Shown: in pieces, positions 12,652 through 26,041 of the stretch | Layout: the number at the start of each line of letters is the position of its first letter | How positions within the stretch are numbered: the first letter of the stretch is position 1 | Source: Octopus vulgaris | Lineage: Eukaryota | Assembly: GCA_951406725.2 (NCBI GenBank) | Contig: OX597814.1 | Coordinates: 28,954,001-29,018,000 of the forward strand | DNA: 64,000 bases | Direction of reading: 5' to 3' | Notes under the pieces: model-generated | Seen by the model: only the letters and a program-made list of their open reading frames with translations | Told to the model about the DNA's origin: nothing | Database searches by the model: none | Position numbers and translations under genes: made by a program

Positions 12652-13406
12652 ATGGAGTACAGAGCAACTTGATACAGACATGAAAGTCGCTACTAGCTAT
12701 ATTTTCCAGTCCTGCTCTCAACACAAATTATCACCAGTTGATGGATATTTCTAAGTATTTAAAATACGATAGAGCTACCCACGTTTATTTGTCACTCATA
12801 TAAGTAGTATAACAAAAATACTTATCTTTATTTCAGTTGGTTCGAGAGATGAACACTTAGAAACACTTCTACTGTTTCGTCTATCCAAAACTCCAGTTAA
12901 ACTGTGTCTATTCTTTCATTGAGAACCAAACCGCTTTCATAATTATTACGTAATCAAGTGTAACCATTCAATATAATAAGGTTACAAAAGCTGCAGGTTT
13001 TGCATCAAATGTTACATGGACTTTCCTCGCAGTATTCCATGCTATGGACGCCGCTTTTATGTTTCCCGTTTGGATATTATCGTGATCTCTGATAAACGGT
13101 CATTCTTTTGTGTAATTCTATGATGTTGTTTTCTATAGTATAGATTCGTCAAATTTCGCCGGATAAATATCTAATGCCAAAATGTCTGAGTCATATTGCT
13201 GGCATATAATGTGCGTTATGCGTAATGCAAATACGCATCATGTGTATATACATGTATATACACATGTACTCTTACATATACCACATGAGAAAGGAGGGAT
13301 ATACTGTGTTATATATTTCATATATATATATAATTATATATATTTGTGTGTTTATGTGCGTGCGTGTCTATAGAAATAATCGTTATATGCTTATACATGT
13401 ACAGAT

Positions 13407-13487
<81 letters not shown>

Positions 13488-13721
13488 GCATACAAACACT
13501 CGCACACATATATATGTGTGTATATATATATTTTTTTTTTCTCATAGATACAACAGAAAATATAATTTATGCAGAAGTTATTTGCATAGAACATAATTGT
13601 CATTATGACAATTATTTACATGCAGAGCAATAGTATAATTAGAGATAATTATGTAATGAAGTAAAAGCGAATATTCACATATGCGCATATGCACATACAT
13701 ACACGAACACATACATACACG

Positions 13722-13781
<60 letters not shown>

Positions 13782-13814
13782 CTTACTCAATATTATATGC
13801 CATAGCAAGACTGT

Positions 13815-14025
13815 GAACCGGTAGAATTGTTAGCATGCCAAGCAAAATGCTTAGCGGCATTTCGTCTGTCTTTATGTTCTGACTTCAATTTCCACTGAGG
13901 TCGACCTTGCCGTCCATGCTTTCAGGGTCGATAAAATAAATACCAGTTGAACACTAGGGTCAATGTAATCGACTTACTCCTTCCTTCAAAATTGATGACT
14001 TTGTGCCAAAATTTGAAATCAATAT
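13815..14025 (+). mobile_element. Diverged SINE family B-related copy
   Basis: gaggtcgaccttgccgtccatgctttcagggtcgataaaataaataccag central domain; older tail variant. Confidence 0.7.
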
Positions 14026-14073
14026 AATATGCTTGAGAAAAAAGAGTTACTCGAGAACAGAGCGCAATAAGAA

Positions 14074-14297
<224 letters not shown>

Positions 14298-14716
14298 GCA
14301 CGTATGAATGACGAAGCCACCTTGAGCATGATCCTATGAACCCAGAAATTGAAAACAGAGAGTTGCTTATTCGCAAAAAAAAAAAAAAAAAGAAATATAA
14401 CATGTGACTCCATTGACCGAGGTTACCGTGGTCTTTTCCGTAGACTTTTCTTTCCACGGGTAAACCTCACCTGTCCTCCCCTTTACACTTCATATTGACA
14501 TTTCTGTGATAACGATCCCTATTGGTCAATTTTTTCTTTCCTCTCCCCCTTTTTTTTTAACCCCCCTTTTTTTTGTCCTCTTTCTCTCCTTTTACGATCC
14601 CTTTTGATCGAAACTCCCCCTTCCTTTTTTTTTTTTTTAAAACCTTCAAAAGAAAAGCTCTACCTTGTAATTTGTTCTATCTGTGTGCAGCCCTGTGTGG
14701 CTAATAAAGAAACATA
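14298..14716 (+). mobile_element. 5'-truncated LINE 3' end (probably Tx1/L1 clade) inserted in (TCTA)n
   Basis: Short ORF end [12 protein letters not shown]-stop, pyrimidine-rich UTR, ends ccctgtgtggctaataaagaaa; both flanks are TCTA arrays. Confidence 0.55.
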
Positions 14717-14724
14717 TCTATCTG

Positions 14725-14795
<71 letters not shown>

Positions 14796-15182
14796 GTTTA
14801 TCTCTCTCTCTCTCTCTCTTTCTGTCTATCTATCTATCTATCTATCTATCTATTCATACACACACATATGTATGCATGTATATATACACATACATACACG
14901 GCACACACGGAAATAATGAAAACAAAATTTTTGTCACACACTCTTCTGATTAACTCATATCATGTAGGTTTCTTTGACTTAACTACCATAGGTAGTTGCT
15001 ATTTTACATTGGACTCGCCATAAAATTATTATTGATGGAACCTAAATAATTTGTAGAATTTATTTCAGAACCCAAAGAACTGGAACAGATATTGTCTGCC
15101 AATCCAGTGTTCACAATGCCGAAAAGATGAGAAGCAGTATTGAAGTTGCTGGGATGGGAACTCGAGAGTTGTAACAAATACC

Positions 15183-15606
15183 TATTTCTTTACTTCCCAC
15201 AAGAGAGGACACAGAGAGGACAAACACGGACAGACAAACGGATTAAGTCGATTATATCGACCCCAGTGCGTAACTGGTACTTATTTAATCGACCCCCGAA
15301 AGGATGAAAGGCAAAGTCGACCTCGGCGGAATTTGAACTCAGCACGTAGCAGCAGACAAAATACCTATTTCTTTACTACCCACAAGGGGCTAAACACAGA
15401 GAGGACAGACAAGGACAGACAAGGACAGACAAACGGATTAAGTCGATTATATCGACCCCAGTGCGTAACTGATACTTATTTAATCGACCCCGAAAGGATG
15501 AAAGGCAAAGTCGACCTCGGCGGAATTTGAACTCAGCACGTAGCAGCAGACAAAATACCGCTAAGCATTTCGCCCGGCGTGTTAACGTTTCTGCCAGCTC
15601 GCCGCC
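15183..15606 (-). mobile_element. SINE family B, tandem dimer, with 22-bp flanking duplication
   Basis: Head ggcggcgagctggcagaaacgttaac, B box gagttcaaattcc, central gccgaggtcgactttgcctttcatcctttcggggtcg twice; ctcgagagttg(t/g)aacaaatacc at 15161 and 15607. Confidence 0.9.
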
Positions 15607-17836
15607 CTCGAGAGTTGGAACAAATACCACAAGGCATTCATTCTATTCGATTCTCTAGCAACTCTTCCGTATCACCCACCTTATGTAACATAAGTTTACA
15701 AATATATAACACTAGACTATGAATCTGCAATGATATAGATTCAACAGAATGTTGATGAGTTATAATGGGGACATCTAAAATATAATTACAATGAGATTTG
15801 TGCGATAATCTACAATTGCAAGCATGATGGATGACAAAATAAAAATGAATAGATGAACAACAGTGCGTAAAGTATAGAGAACAAGGATAAAATTCAAAAG
15901 AAAAATTCAGAAATTTTTTGTGTAAACAATACCATTTAGTATAGATTTGTAAATACAAGATAAAAGAAAGAAGTAAATAAACAAACACACAAACAAATAA
16001 ATTGATAAATGTATAAATAAATAAAAGATGAATTATCGAGCAGAGATGAAACAATCTAGCCACAAATCTCTAGCTGACGAGAATTGCAGCAACGGGGATT
16101 TGCTATCTGCGTAATCAGTATAACAATATAAATATTTATGTATCTACCGAGTGATTACTGCGTCATAGTTTCATAAGAAATATTATTCAGAAACTTAGCT
16201 TGTTCTATGTTGTGGGTTATGTAGAATATTCTTTATCTTATATTTAATTTTTAATCCCAACTTGATTAAGTGTTTAAACGAAGATTGACAGGAATAAATT
16301 AGAAACAATAGCTGAGGTTGTACAAATAATATTATCTAACCAAAGATGACTAATGAAAAATAACTAGGGGGTATAATAACTTGTAATCACTGCCCTTTAA
16401 ACGTTGCATTAATCCTCTCACCAGAACGGCACAAATGTGAGCAACTCGGAGCAGTGATGCAGCGAATCATCAACTTAGAATAATTACCGTATTTGACGGC
16501 CATCTTAGATGTATCTCAATTTCAGCAGCGCATATTCAGGTAAAAAAAAGGAAGTTTTTAGTGCATTAAAGCATGGAAGATAGGTCTAACTTCATTTATA
16601 GATTAGGGGAATTTTTGAAACTATTTTTTTGTCGGGGAGAGGGATCTGCGTCTTATATGCTAGTTATTTCGGTATATATGTGTTCATGTGTGCATTTGTG
16701 TGGGAGAGTAAATGTGTGTGTGCGTGTATGTTTATGTGTGTGTGAATGTGTGTTTGTGCGTATGTGCGCGCGCGCGCGTGTGTGTGAGAGAGTGAGTGAG
16801 TGAGTGTGTGTGTGTGTGTCTATGTGTGTGTGTGCGTTTGTGCGAGTGTGCGAGTGTGTGTATGAGCGTGTGTGTGTGTGTGTGTTTATGTGTGTATGTG
16901 TGTTTGTGTTTTGATGTTTTTATATATGTGTGTATTGTTCTGTCTTCGCCTGCAAAACCAAATATTTCAGGTAAAAATAGCCGGGCTAAGTTGTATGTAT
17001 GGTGTTGATTACTGTGTAAGTAGCGGGCGGGGTGGAGTGGGGTGGGGCTGCAAGTCGTACAAGTTCAGGGCACCTTCCTATTAAAACAATTGCTAATCTA
17101 ATTTTATCGTGGGTAATGTGCAGCTCAATGCAATCATTCGGGGTTAATGTTCTGGTTGCTATTTTGATATACATTTAATTTTTGTGTCCGTTTGCACTTG
17201 GTTGAGGATGGATGTTATACTTATATCTGTTCGTTTGGGATTATTGCAGATATAGTACTAGGACTTTCAGAACTGGAGTTTGCTACGAGGACAACCTGTA
17301 ACCTCCCATTTTCATGCTTTCATTTTTAGTTCTTTTATTCTTGATTTTATTGATGATCTGTCGATGTAGTCTTTGTGAAAGCTGCAGCACTGTTTTGATA
17401 TTTGTAATTATTTGTGATTTATAGTTGATAAATTAGTGGACAAGGTAGGGTTGACGTAATGTATGTACTCATAGCTCAGTTGGAAAAACATTACATTTTC
17501 TCACCACCGAATACATTCGAATGTGTTACCTATAGATTTTATTCAACTGTATATTGTTATTCAAACACTGCTTCGTGCGACATTATTTATACAATTCTAA
17601 CTTGATCAAACTTGACGCACATTAGCACATCGACATACGTACAACATACTATTTAAATGAGAATGCATGCGTCTTATGATCCAGGGATGTCATTCACCGT
17701 CAAATATGTGTTTTCACACATCATTGGGAAGAGAGTTTTTCTCCCTGGCTTATTTTCGCAGCAGAAGGTCTTCTCACATTCGAATGTATTCGAACGTGTT
17801 GAATGTGATTATATATATATATATATATATATATAT

Positions 17837-18160
17837 AACGGAAAGCTTTATGAAAATAAACAAAGGACGAAGGCAGGTGGAGTACAAACAAACAATTGTA
17901 TTAGTATGGCGCTCAGGAATATAAATAAAACAAGTCTTTTACGTTTCGAGCCTACGCTCTTCAACAGAAAGATACACAGAAAAGAAACACGGAGAGAAAC
18001 ATGTAGTTCAAATTTGCAAAATACAAAAGACGAAGACAGGTGTAGGAACAGCAAACAAGTGTATTATTTTAACTCGGGAAAAATGGAAAAGACCTTTACA
18101 TTTCGAGCCTACACTCTTCGACAGAAAGGAATAAGAGGAGAAAATGGTAAGAAAACGAAA
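17837..18160 (-). mobile_element. Two tandem diverged copies of a short element with minimal hammerhead-like motifs (17936-17971, 18093-18129)
   Basis: Minus: CUUU-CUGUUGA-A-GAGC-GUAG-GCUC-GAAAC-GUA-AAAG and CCUUU-CUGUCGA-A-GAGUGUAGGCUC-GAAAU-GUA-AAGG; between (TA)n and (CA)n. Confidence 0.6.
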
Positions 18161-18193
<33 letters not shown>

Positions 18194-18211
18194 CACGCAC
18201 GCACACGCACA

Positions 18212-18302
<91 letters not shown>

Positions 18303-18305
<3 letters not shown>

Positions 18306-19243
18306 AGTGGTATCAAAAACTTCCTGGATTAGTTCTGTAGCGCGCCAACAGATGGCAGCATATAGTTGCGCACGCAGTAAGGTCTACCAGTGACCTCCGT
18401 GAGTCAGTGTGCCGAGTGAAATTCCTGTGTTTACTTCGCAAGTTATGAAATTCGGGATTTTTTTATCATCACATGTATGCTGTAGTCTGCGATTTTGTCA
18501 TGGACAGGAACAAAGAGCCAACGTGAAATTTTGCGTTAAACTTTGGAAGTCTGCTACAGAGACATAGAGCATTCTTCGGTAATCTTACGGTGACCAGGCA
18601 ATGGGTGGTACGCAATGTTTCGAGTGGCACAGGAGCTTTAAAAGCAGAAGAACATCACTCGAAGACGCTAAGCAATCTGGAAGACCTGCCACGAGCATTC
18701 ACTCCTGTAAATGTGGTATTAAGCATCAAGAATTCTACCCCTCCCCCGCCCCGTCGGGCCAGACTATCAATCGAGAGTTCTACTACGAAGTTTTGAAGCT
18801 TTTGAAGGAGGACATTGGGCAAAGCGACCGGATGTGTGGAGCGAGAAGAATTGGATTCTTCACGACGACAATGCACCCTGTCGTCGAGCTCTCCTTACTC
18901 GTCACTTTCTCGCCATAAACAACATAGTGTCGCTGCTTCCCCCGGCCCATTCCGACAAATTTAGCCCCTTCAGACTTGCATCTCTTCTGCAAGATGGAAA
19001 TACAGCTGAAAGGTTGCAGTTTTTACACCGTTGTCGAGATCTGGAGAGAATCGCAGGAGGTCCTCGACTCGCTTACGGAAAACGACTTCCAGACTGGATT
19101 CCAAAAATGGTAGGAACGCTGGGACCGGTGTATTGTTGTGTAACGTGACTATTTCGAAGGAGATGATGTTAAAACCTAGGTAAATAAGTTATTTTTTCAT
19201 TAAACATAACTAGACCGGGGACGTTTTGATAGCACCTTGTGTA
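18303..19243 (+). mobile_element. Mariner element with both TIRs, internally deleted and frameshifted transposase
   Basis: TIRs gtggtatcaaaaacttcctggattagtt / aactagaccggggacgttttgatagcac; peptides QCFEWHRSFKSRRTSLEDAKQSGRP, GQTINREFYYEVLKLL, WILHDDNAP; TA flanks. Confidence 0.9.
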
Positions 19244-19283
19244 TATATACATACATACATACATACATACATACATACATACA

Positions 19284-19379
<96 letters not shown>

Positions 19380-19381
<2 letters not shown>

Positions 19382-19790
19382 CGCAGGAGTGGCTGTGTGG
19401 TAAGTAGCTTGCTAACCAACTACATGGTTCCGGGTTCAGTCCCACTGCGTGGCATCTTGGGCAAGTGTCTTCTGCTATAGCCCCGGGCCGACCAATGCCT
19501 TGTGAGTGGATTTGGTAGACGGAAACTGAAAGAAGCCTGTCGTATATATGTATATATATAAGTGTGTGTGTGTATATGTTTGTGTGTCTGTGTTTGTCCC
19601 CCTAGCATTGATTGACAATAGATGCTGGTGTGTTTACGTCCCCGTCACTTAGCGGTTCGGCAAAAGAGATCGATAGAATAAGTACTGGGCTTACAAAGAA
19701 TAAGTCCCGGGGGCGATTTGCTCGACAAAAGGCGGTGCTCCAGCATGGCCGCAGTCAAATGACTGAAACAAGTAAAAGAGTAAAAGAGTA
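19380..19790 (+). mobile_element. SINE family A, full length
   Basis: Near-identical to 29890-30294, 40339-40742 and 61648-62086. Confidence 0.92.
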
Positions 19791-19904
19791 ATATATATAT
19801 ATATATATATATAATATAATATAATATAAATAATATATAAACATATGCATATATACATACTTATATGTACGTACATATATATGTATGTATATATACATGC
19901 ATAT

Positions 19905-20527
19905 ATGGGTACAGGACATAAAAAAAAACGTTGAACACAATGAGAAACGAAAACATAAAAACAAAAACACAGAAACGAACTTTTTTTTCGAACAACGAAA
20001 AAAGCAAACAGAGAAAAGAGACATGCAACATAAAGAATATTCCCCTTCTTCAGTTGTCCCTGTTTCATCTTCTCCGCGTCCGAAGGCAAGGACAAAACGC
20101 GACTTCGTTGAAACAATCCTTCCCGCAAAACAAATTAAATAAAATTTGGGACTTTTGCGAAGAGTGAAAGTGGTAACAAGAACAGGACAGTGAGAACAAA
20201 GCAGCAAAAACAAACGGTGAGGGCTGTTAAGCCGAGACGATAGAAAAATTATTATGAACGCTAGGAAGACGAGTTTATGAGAGGAGTTTCTCTCCCACCC
20301 TTCCCTATTCTTCTCCACTCCTCTTCACCGTTCTCTCTCTCTCACTCCTCCTCCTCGACTCTCTCGTCGCTGACAAGTGACGAAAGAGAATCTGTCTTTC
20401 TGCCCGTTACCTTCCTAAAGACAACACATGCTTATACTGTCTCCTTTCATAAGCTCGTTTTCCTAACGTTCATAATAATTTTTATATTTAATTTGCTTTG
20501 CGGGAAGGACTGTTTCAACGAAGTCGC
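19905..20527. mobile_element. (TA)n-associated non-coding element with nested internal inverted repeats (Penelope-like)
   Basis: 20098-20145 inverted with 20480-20527; 20243-20285 inverted with 20441-20482; left part homologous to 21055-21225. Confidence 0.55.
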
Positions 20528-20800
20528 ATAAAAATTTCTAAAATATTTATTACCCTGATATTATTAATTATTTTATATCCGTTCTGTAGATATAAACGAA
20601 TATATGAATATATATATGTATTTGATCTTTGTGTGTGGAACTTAGTAAATGTTCCTTTAGTTCCTGCTCCTAATGCGTCCGCTCAAATTAAGAAGTGGAT
20701 TATAGCTCATTTGGAGCACTACAACTCCAGTCTGTATTATATTTTGAGTATTATTAGCTATCTCAAAATATAACTGTGTATTTTGTATTTTATAATTACA

Positions 20801-20876
<76 letters not shown>

Positions 20877-21054
20877 AACCAGCTTAGAGAAGAAGAAGAA
20901 ACGAAACGAAACCAAACGAATCGAATCGAATCGACGCGAAGGCGCTCAGTCATACAATAGTGTAATAAATAAAATATATGCATACATACAAACATATATG
21001 TACGTACCTACATCTACATGTATATATACATGCATATATAAATATATATACGTG

Positions 21055-21334
<280 letters not shown>

Positions 21335-21599
21335 ACAGTTACATAAATACAGATAGAGACAGACAGACATGCAAACAGAAATATAGGGTAGAAAAATAAT
21401 ACAAAAACATAATAATAATACAAAGACAACGTAGAGATAGCTCAACAGATAGACTAAAACAACAAGAAGGACAAACAGATTGACAGAGGTTTAAAGACAA
21501 AAGAGAGATATAGAGAGATATCAGATAAGTAAGGCAAACATAGACTACCACGGGGACTGAGTTATAAGGCAGAAGATAGAGATGGAGGAAAGATAAGCA

Positions 21600-21913
21600 A
21601 AGAGTTACAGATAGGGAGGGAGGGAGAGAGAGAGACAAAAGCAGGCAGATGGACAGACAGCGATAAAGTGGAAGCCAGACAGAGAGAGACTGACAGAGTG
21701 ATTTAGAGACACAAGCATTAAGAGAGGGAGATGGAGAGAGAGAAGAGCTGTGCTGTAGAGGTAGAGAGAGAGAGAAAGAGACAAGCAAAAACAGAGACAG
21801 ACGGACAGACAGACAGAGATAAAGTGGAAATTAGACAGAGAGAGACTAACAGAGTGATTTAGAGACACAAGCATTAAGAGAGGGAGATAGAGAGAGAGAA
21901 GAGCTGTAGAGGT

Positions 21914-21944
<31 letters not shown>

Positions 21945-22365
21945 CAAGCAAAAACAGAGACAGACGGACGGACAGACAGAGATAATGTGGAAGTCAGACA
22001 GAGAGAGACTGACAGAGTGATTTAGAGACACAAGCATTAAGAGAGGGAGATAGAGAGAGAGAAGAGCTGTAGAGGTAGAGAGAGAGAGAGAGAGAGAAAG
22101 AGACAAGCAAAAACAGAGACAGACGGACGGACAGACAGAGATAATGTGGAAGTCAGACAGAGAGAGACTGACAGAGTGATTTAGAGACACAAGCATTAAG
22201 AGAGGGAGATGGAGAGAGAGAAGAGCTATAGAGGTATAGAGAGAGAGAGAGAAAGAGACAAGCAAAAACAGAGACAGACGGACAGAGAGAGATGGAGAAT
22301 GAGAAGAGCTGTAGAGAGAGAGAGAGACAGGGGCAGTGAAACAGACAGATGAGCATAGAGTGACA

Positions 22366-22396
<31 letters not shown>

Positions 22397-22430
22397 TGAG
22401 TGAGTGAGTGACAGAGAGATTTAGAAACAG
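21600..22430. repeat. Purine-rich minisatellite, ~160-bp unit, ~4-5 copies
   Basis: Marker gatttagagacacaagcattaag at ~21700, 21856, 22019, 22178 and degenerate at ~22418. Confidence 0.9.
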
Positions 22431-22706
22431 TGGCAATAAGAGAAAAAGAGACAGAGATAGACAGACTGACAGACAGACAGACAGAGACTGACTGACATTC
22501 AGAGAGTGACAGAGAGCTATAGAGAGAGATCTAGAGATAGGTGCAGTAAGAGATGAAAGAGAGAAGTGGTGGGGAGAGAGGGAGAGACACACAGAGTAGA
22601 ACACAACACACAGACAGACAGGCGAAGACAGTAAAACAGGGTGACAAAGAGACAATCAGAAAGAGTCACGCAAGCATACTGGCAGACAGATGGCGACAGA
22701 GTGACG

Positions 22707-23333
22707 AAGGTGGCGAGCTGGTAGAAACGTTAGCACGCCGGGCGAAATGCGTAGCCGTATTTCGTCTGCCGCTACGTTCTGAGTTCAAATTCCGCCGAGG
22801 TCGACTTTGCCTTTCATCCTTTCGGGGTCGGTAAAATAAGTAGTAGGAGCACACCGTCGGTTACGACGATGAGGGTCCCAGCTGATACGATCAACGGAAC
22901 AGCTTGCTCGTGGAATTAACGTGCAAGTGGCTGAGCATTCCACAGACTCGTGTACCCTTAACGTAGTTCTCGAGGAGATTCAGCGTGACACAGAGTGTGA
23001 CAAGGCTGGCCCTTTGAAATACAGGTACAACAGAAACAGGAAGAAAGAGTGAGAGAAAGTTGTGGCGAAAGAGTACAGTAGGGTTCACCCCCCCCCCCTG
23101 CAGGAGCCTTGTGAAGCTTTAGGTGTTTTCGCTCAATAAACACTCACAATGCCCGGTCTGGGAATCGAAACCGCGATCCTACGACCGCGAGTCCGCTGCC
23201 CTAACCACTGGGCCATTGCGCCTCCACGGTAAAATAAGTACCAGTTACGCACTGGAGTCGATATAATAGACTTAATCCGTTTGTCTGTCCTTGTTTGTCC
23301 TCTCTGTGTTTAGCCCCTAGAAAAGGAATAGGT
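22707..23333 (+). mobile_element. SINE family B interrupted by a second SINE
   Basis: Head to 22842, resumes at 23227; flanking gacagagtgac at ~22696 and 23334. Confidence 0.88.
22843..23226 (-). mobile_element. SINE H1+T1 (tRNA-Arg-like head), full length
   Basis: Minus head ggcgcaatggcccagtggttagggcagcggactcgcgg...tttcgattccc; 14-bp TSD cggtaaaataagta (22829, 23227). Confidence 0.92.
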
Positions 23334-23683
23334 GACAGAGTGACAAACAAACAGACAGACAGTCAGAAAGTCATTGGATAAGAGAGAAAAAGAGAGAGAG
23401 AGAGAGAGCACTAGAATCTAAGATACCATAAGGCAAACAGACAAAAAGACACACGCCCAAGAAAGGCGACATTATGAACAGAAAAGGTTGACAGACAACC
23501 TGACTGCCTGCTTTGAATGCCTGTCTGTATGTCTGCCTATCTAGGCAGACAGACAAACAGGCATGCAGACAGACAGACAGAGAGTCAAGTGTAAGACAGG
23601 CAGTCAGGCAGGCAGACAAACAAGGAAAGAATCGTTGAAATGAAAAAGAAATAGAAATAACGTTAATGTGTGCGTACTTGTGT

Positions 23684-23716
<33 letters not shown>

Positions 23717-24613
23717 TGTGTGTTTGAGTGTATGAGTGTGCATGTGTGTATGTGTGAGGGAGAGAAAGGGAAAGAGTGAGAGAGAGAGGGGGGAGACAAA
23801 GAAAGGAAGAGAGAGAAAAAGAGGGAATATGCAACATTTAAGATGCGGTTGTGTGTTGTTGTTGGGAGCTAAGAATAAAATGGTGTAAGGGGGAGGAGTA
23901 GCGGAGGGTAGAGATATGTTAGTCGGGTGGGGTGTAAGGTTCCGTAGGGTTTGGGAGCCCAAAAGAATCTACTCGGCGTAGGGTAGTTATTTGTTTGTTT
24001 ATTTATTTTGTTTTAGAGTAAGGAATAGCTAGAATTGGAAGGGCTTGGGGTGTGGTGGTATATGTTTTGTGTTTTGAGTTGTGGGTAAGACGGGGTAGAA
24101 TTGGTAATGATGTAGGATAAATATGGGTGTGGAGTAAGAAACGGGGACCTGCACGACGTGGGGTAGGACTTAATTTTTGTTGTTGTTGATATTTTATATT
24201 TCACTTTCAAAAAAAAAAAAAGAAATGTAACTGGATGGCGGGAAGAAATAGTTAGGACCGGAGTAGGAATGGCTTTTGGATAGGGTAGGTAAGAGAGAAT
24301 TGGTAAGACTTGGGGCTGAGGGTGGTGATGAGAAGGAGTGGCAACCCGTTATTGGTAGGACGTTGGGGTAGAAAGCTGGAAGGTTCGTTACGTCTTGGAA
24401 AGGAAGCGTGAGGTGGGCGAAAAACATTGGTGAGGCGTGTGGAGGGTAGATGTTTTAAAGATATTACTTTGGGCAGGGGTTCCTTAGAGCGGGTAAATAT
24501 AAAAGTGACAAAGAATTGATTTGGGAGTGGGTTAGACCCGTGGATAAGTGTAGAGGAGATGAAGCCTTCTTGAGGACGTAGGGTAAATGTGAGAATCCTT
24601 AGTGTGGTTAAGA

Positions 24614-24939
24614 GGGCGCGTGGCTTAGTGGTTAGGGCATTCGGCTCATGATCGTAAGGTTGTGAGTTCGATTCCCGGCGACGCGTTGTGTCCTTGAGCA
24701 AGACACTTTATTTCACGTTGCTCCAGTCCACTCAGCTGGCAAAAATGAGTTGTACTTGTATTACAAAGGGTCAGCCTTGTCACTCTCTGTGTCACGCTGA
24801 TTATCCCCGAGAACTACGTTAAGGGTACACGTGTCTGTGGAATGCTCAGCCATTTGCATGTTAATTTCACGAGCAGGCTGTTCCGTTGATCGTATCAGCT
24901 GGGACCCTCGTCGTCGTAACCGGCGGAGTCTTTTTTAGA
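24614..24939 (+). mobile_element. SINE H2+T1, full length
   Basis: A box tggcttagtgg, B box gagttcgattcc; 13-bp TSD agtgtggttaaga (24601, 24940). Confidence 0.92.
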
Positions 24940-25055
24940 AGTGTGGTTAAGAATAAAAGTGAGACGGAAATATATAAAATATGGTGTATAAAGCAGGGCC
25001 AATGATTTTAATGTGTAAGTGTTGGAGCGATTAAGGAATAAATATCAGAGGTTAG

Positions 25056-25363
25056 TGTGAAGGCGCGCGGCCTAGTAGTTAGGGTATTGCACTCACGATC
25101 GCTAGATCATTATGGGTTCGATTCCCGGACCCGGCAGCGAGTTGTGTTCTTGAGCAAAACACTTCATTTTACGTTTCTCCAGTCCAGTCAACTGTAAATG
25201 AGTAACCTTGCGTGCGACTAGCTTCCGTATCAGAGGGAACGTTGGCCTGTTCGCCAAGCCAGCGAGGTGGCATCATTCGAAAGCTAAAACAATGCAAAGC
25301 GCATTGTGACTAGCGATGTACAACAACATCCGATAGTCTGGTCGATACCGTGATACCGCGATA
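25056..25363 (+). mobile_element. SINE H2+T3, full length
   Basis: tRNA-like head with ggttcgattccc; T3 tail as at 121-240; 9-bp TSD agaggttag (25047, 25364). Confidence 0.88.
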
Positions 25364-25682
25364 AGAGGTTAGGGTAAATAGTGAGTCCTGTATGGTGGGG
25401 TAAAAGTTTAAGGTACGAGGATATATTAGTTGAGTTTGAGGGCGAGAGGAAGTGATTGTGGCTGGTAATTATTTGTGACAGAGAGAGGGAATCAGTTCAA
25501 GTATCCATTAAATCGGTTCCTTAACGAGGTTTTGGCAAAATAAAGATTTGGTTATACTATGGGGCAGATAGTTAGCTTATGTTTGATGAGTAAATGTGTG
25601 TTGAGGAGACGACAGAAAAGGGGTTGTAATAAAGAAAAGTGTGCTTCGGAAAGGAAAATGTAAATACAATAAATAAATGGTT

Positions 25683-25921
25683 AAGGCGGCGAGCTGGCAG
25701 AATCGTTAGCACACAGGGCAAAATACGTAGCCGTATTTCGTCTACTACACACTACGTTCTGAGTTCAAATTCCGCCGAGGTCGACTTTGCCTTTCATCCT
25801 TTCGGGGTCGATAAATTAAGTACCAGTTTCGCACTGGGGTCGATGTCATCGACTTAATCCGTTTGTCTGTCCTTGTTTGTCCCCTCTGTGTTTAGTCCCT
25901 TGTGGGTAGTAAAGAAATAGG
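25683..25921 (+). mobile_element. SINE family B, full length
   Basis: aaggcggcgagctggcagaatcgttagc ... ccttgtgggtagtaaagaaatag. Confidence 0.9.
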
Positions 25922-26041
25922 TTACAGTAGGAGGTAGATGAGAGTAACACAATTATAGGTTTCTGTGAATGTGAGCGGGTAGAAGCTATGTTGAGATGGG
26001 CAACTACAGGGATGAAAATGATTTGTTTAGGTTGTGTAGAT

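Noticed and set aside
12650-13200. Unique-looking sequence as a possible host exon (also 15640-16560, 16940-17800, 7770-8400)
   Set aside because: The frames I checked by eye hit stops quickly and gave no recognisable protein; cannot support a CDS without RNA data
16045-16095. GAAAC ... CTGACGA words suggesting a permuted hammerhead
   Set aside because: No stem II or III pairing and no correctly placed UH triplet
21600-22430. Regularly spaced repeats resembling a CRISPR array
   Set aside because: Intervening sequences are near-identical rather than unique spacers; eukaryotic minisatellite with no cas genes
23150-23226. tRNA-like sequences (also 24614-24690, 41140-41200, 56110-56185)
   Set aside because: They are SINE heads with A/B boxes continuing into SINE bodies, usually with TSDs; no proper cloverleaf acceptor stem, so not called tRNA genes
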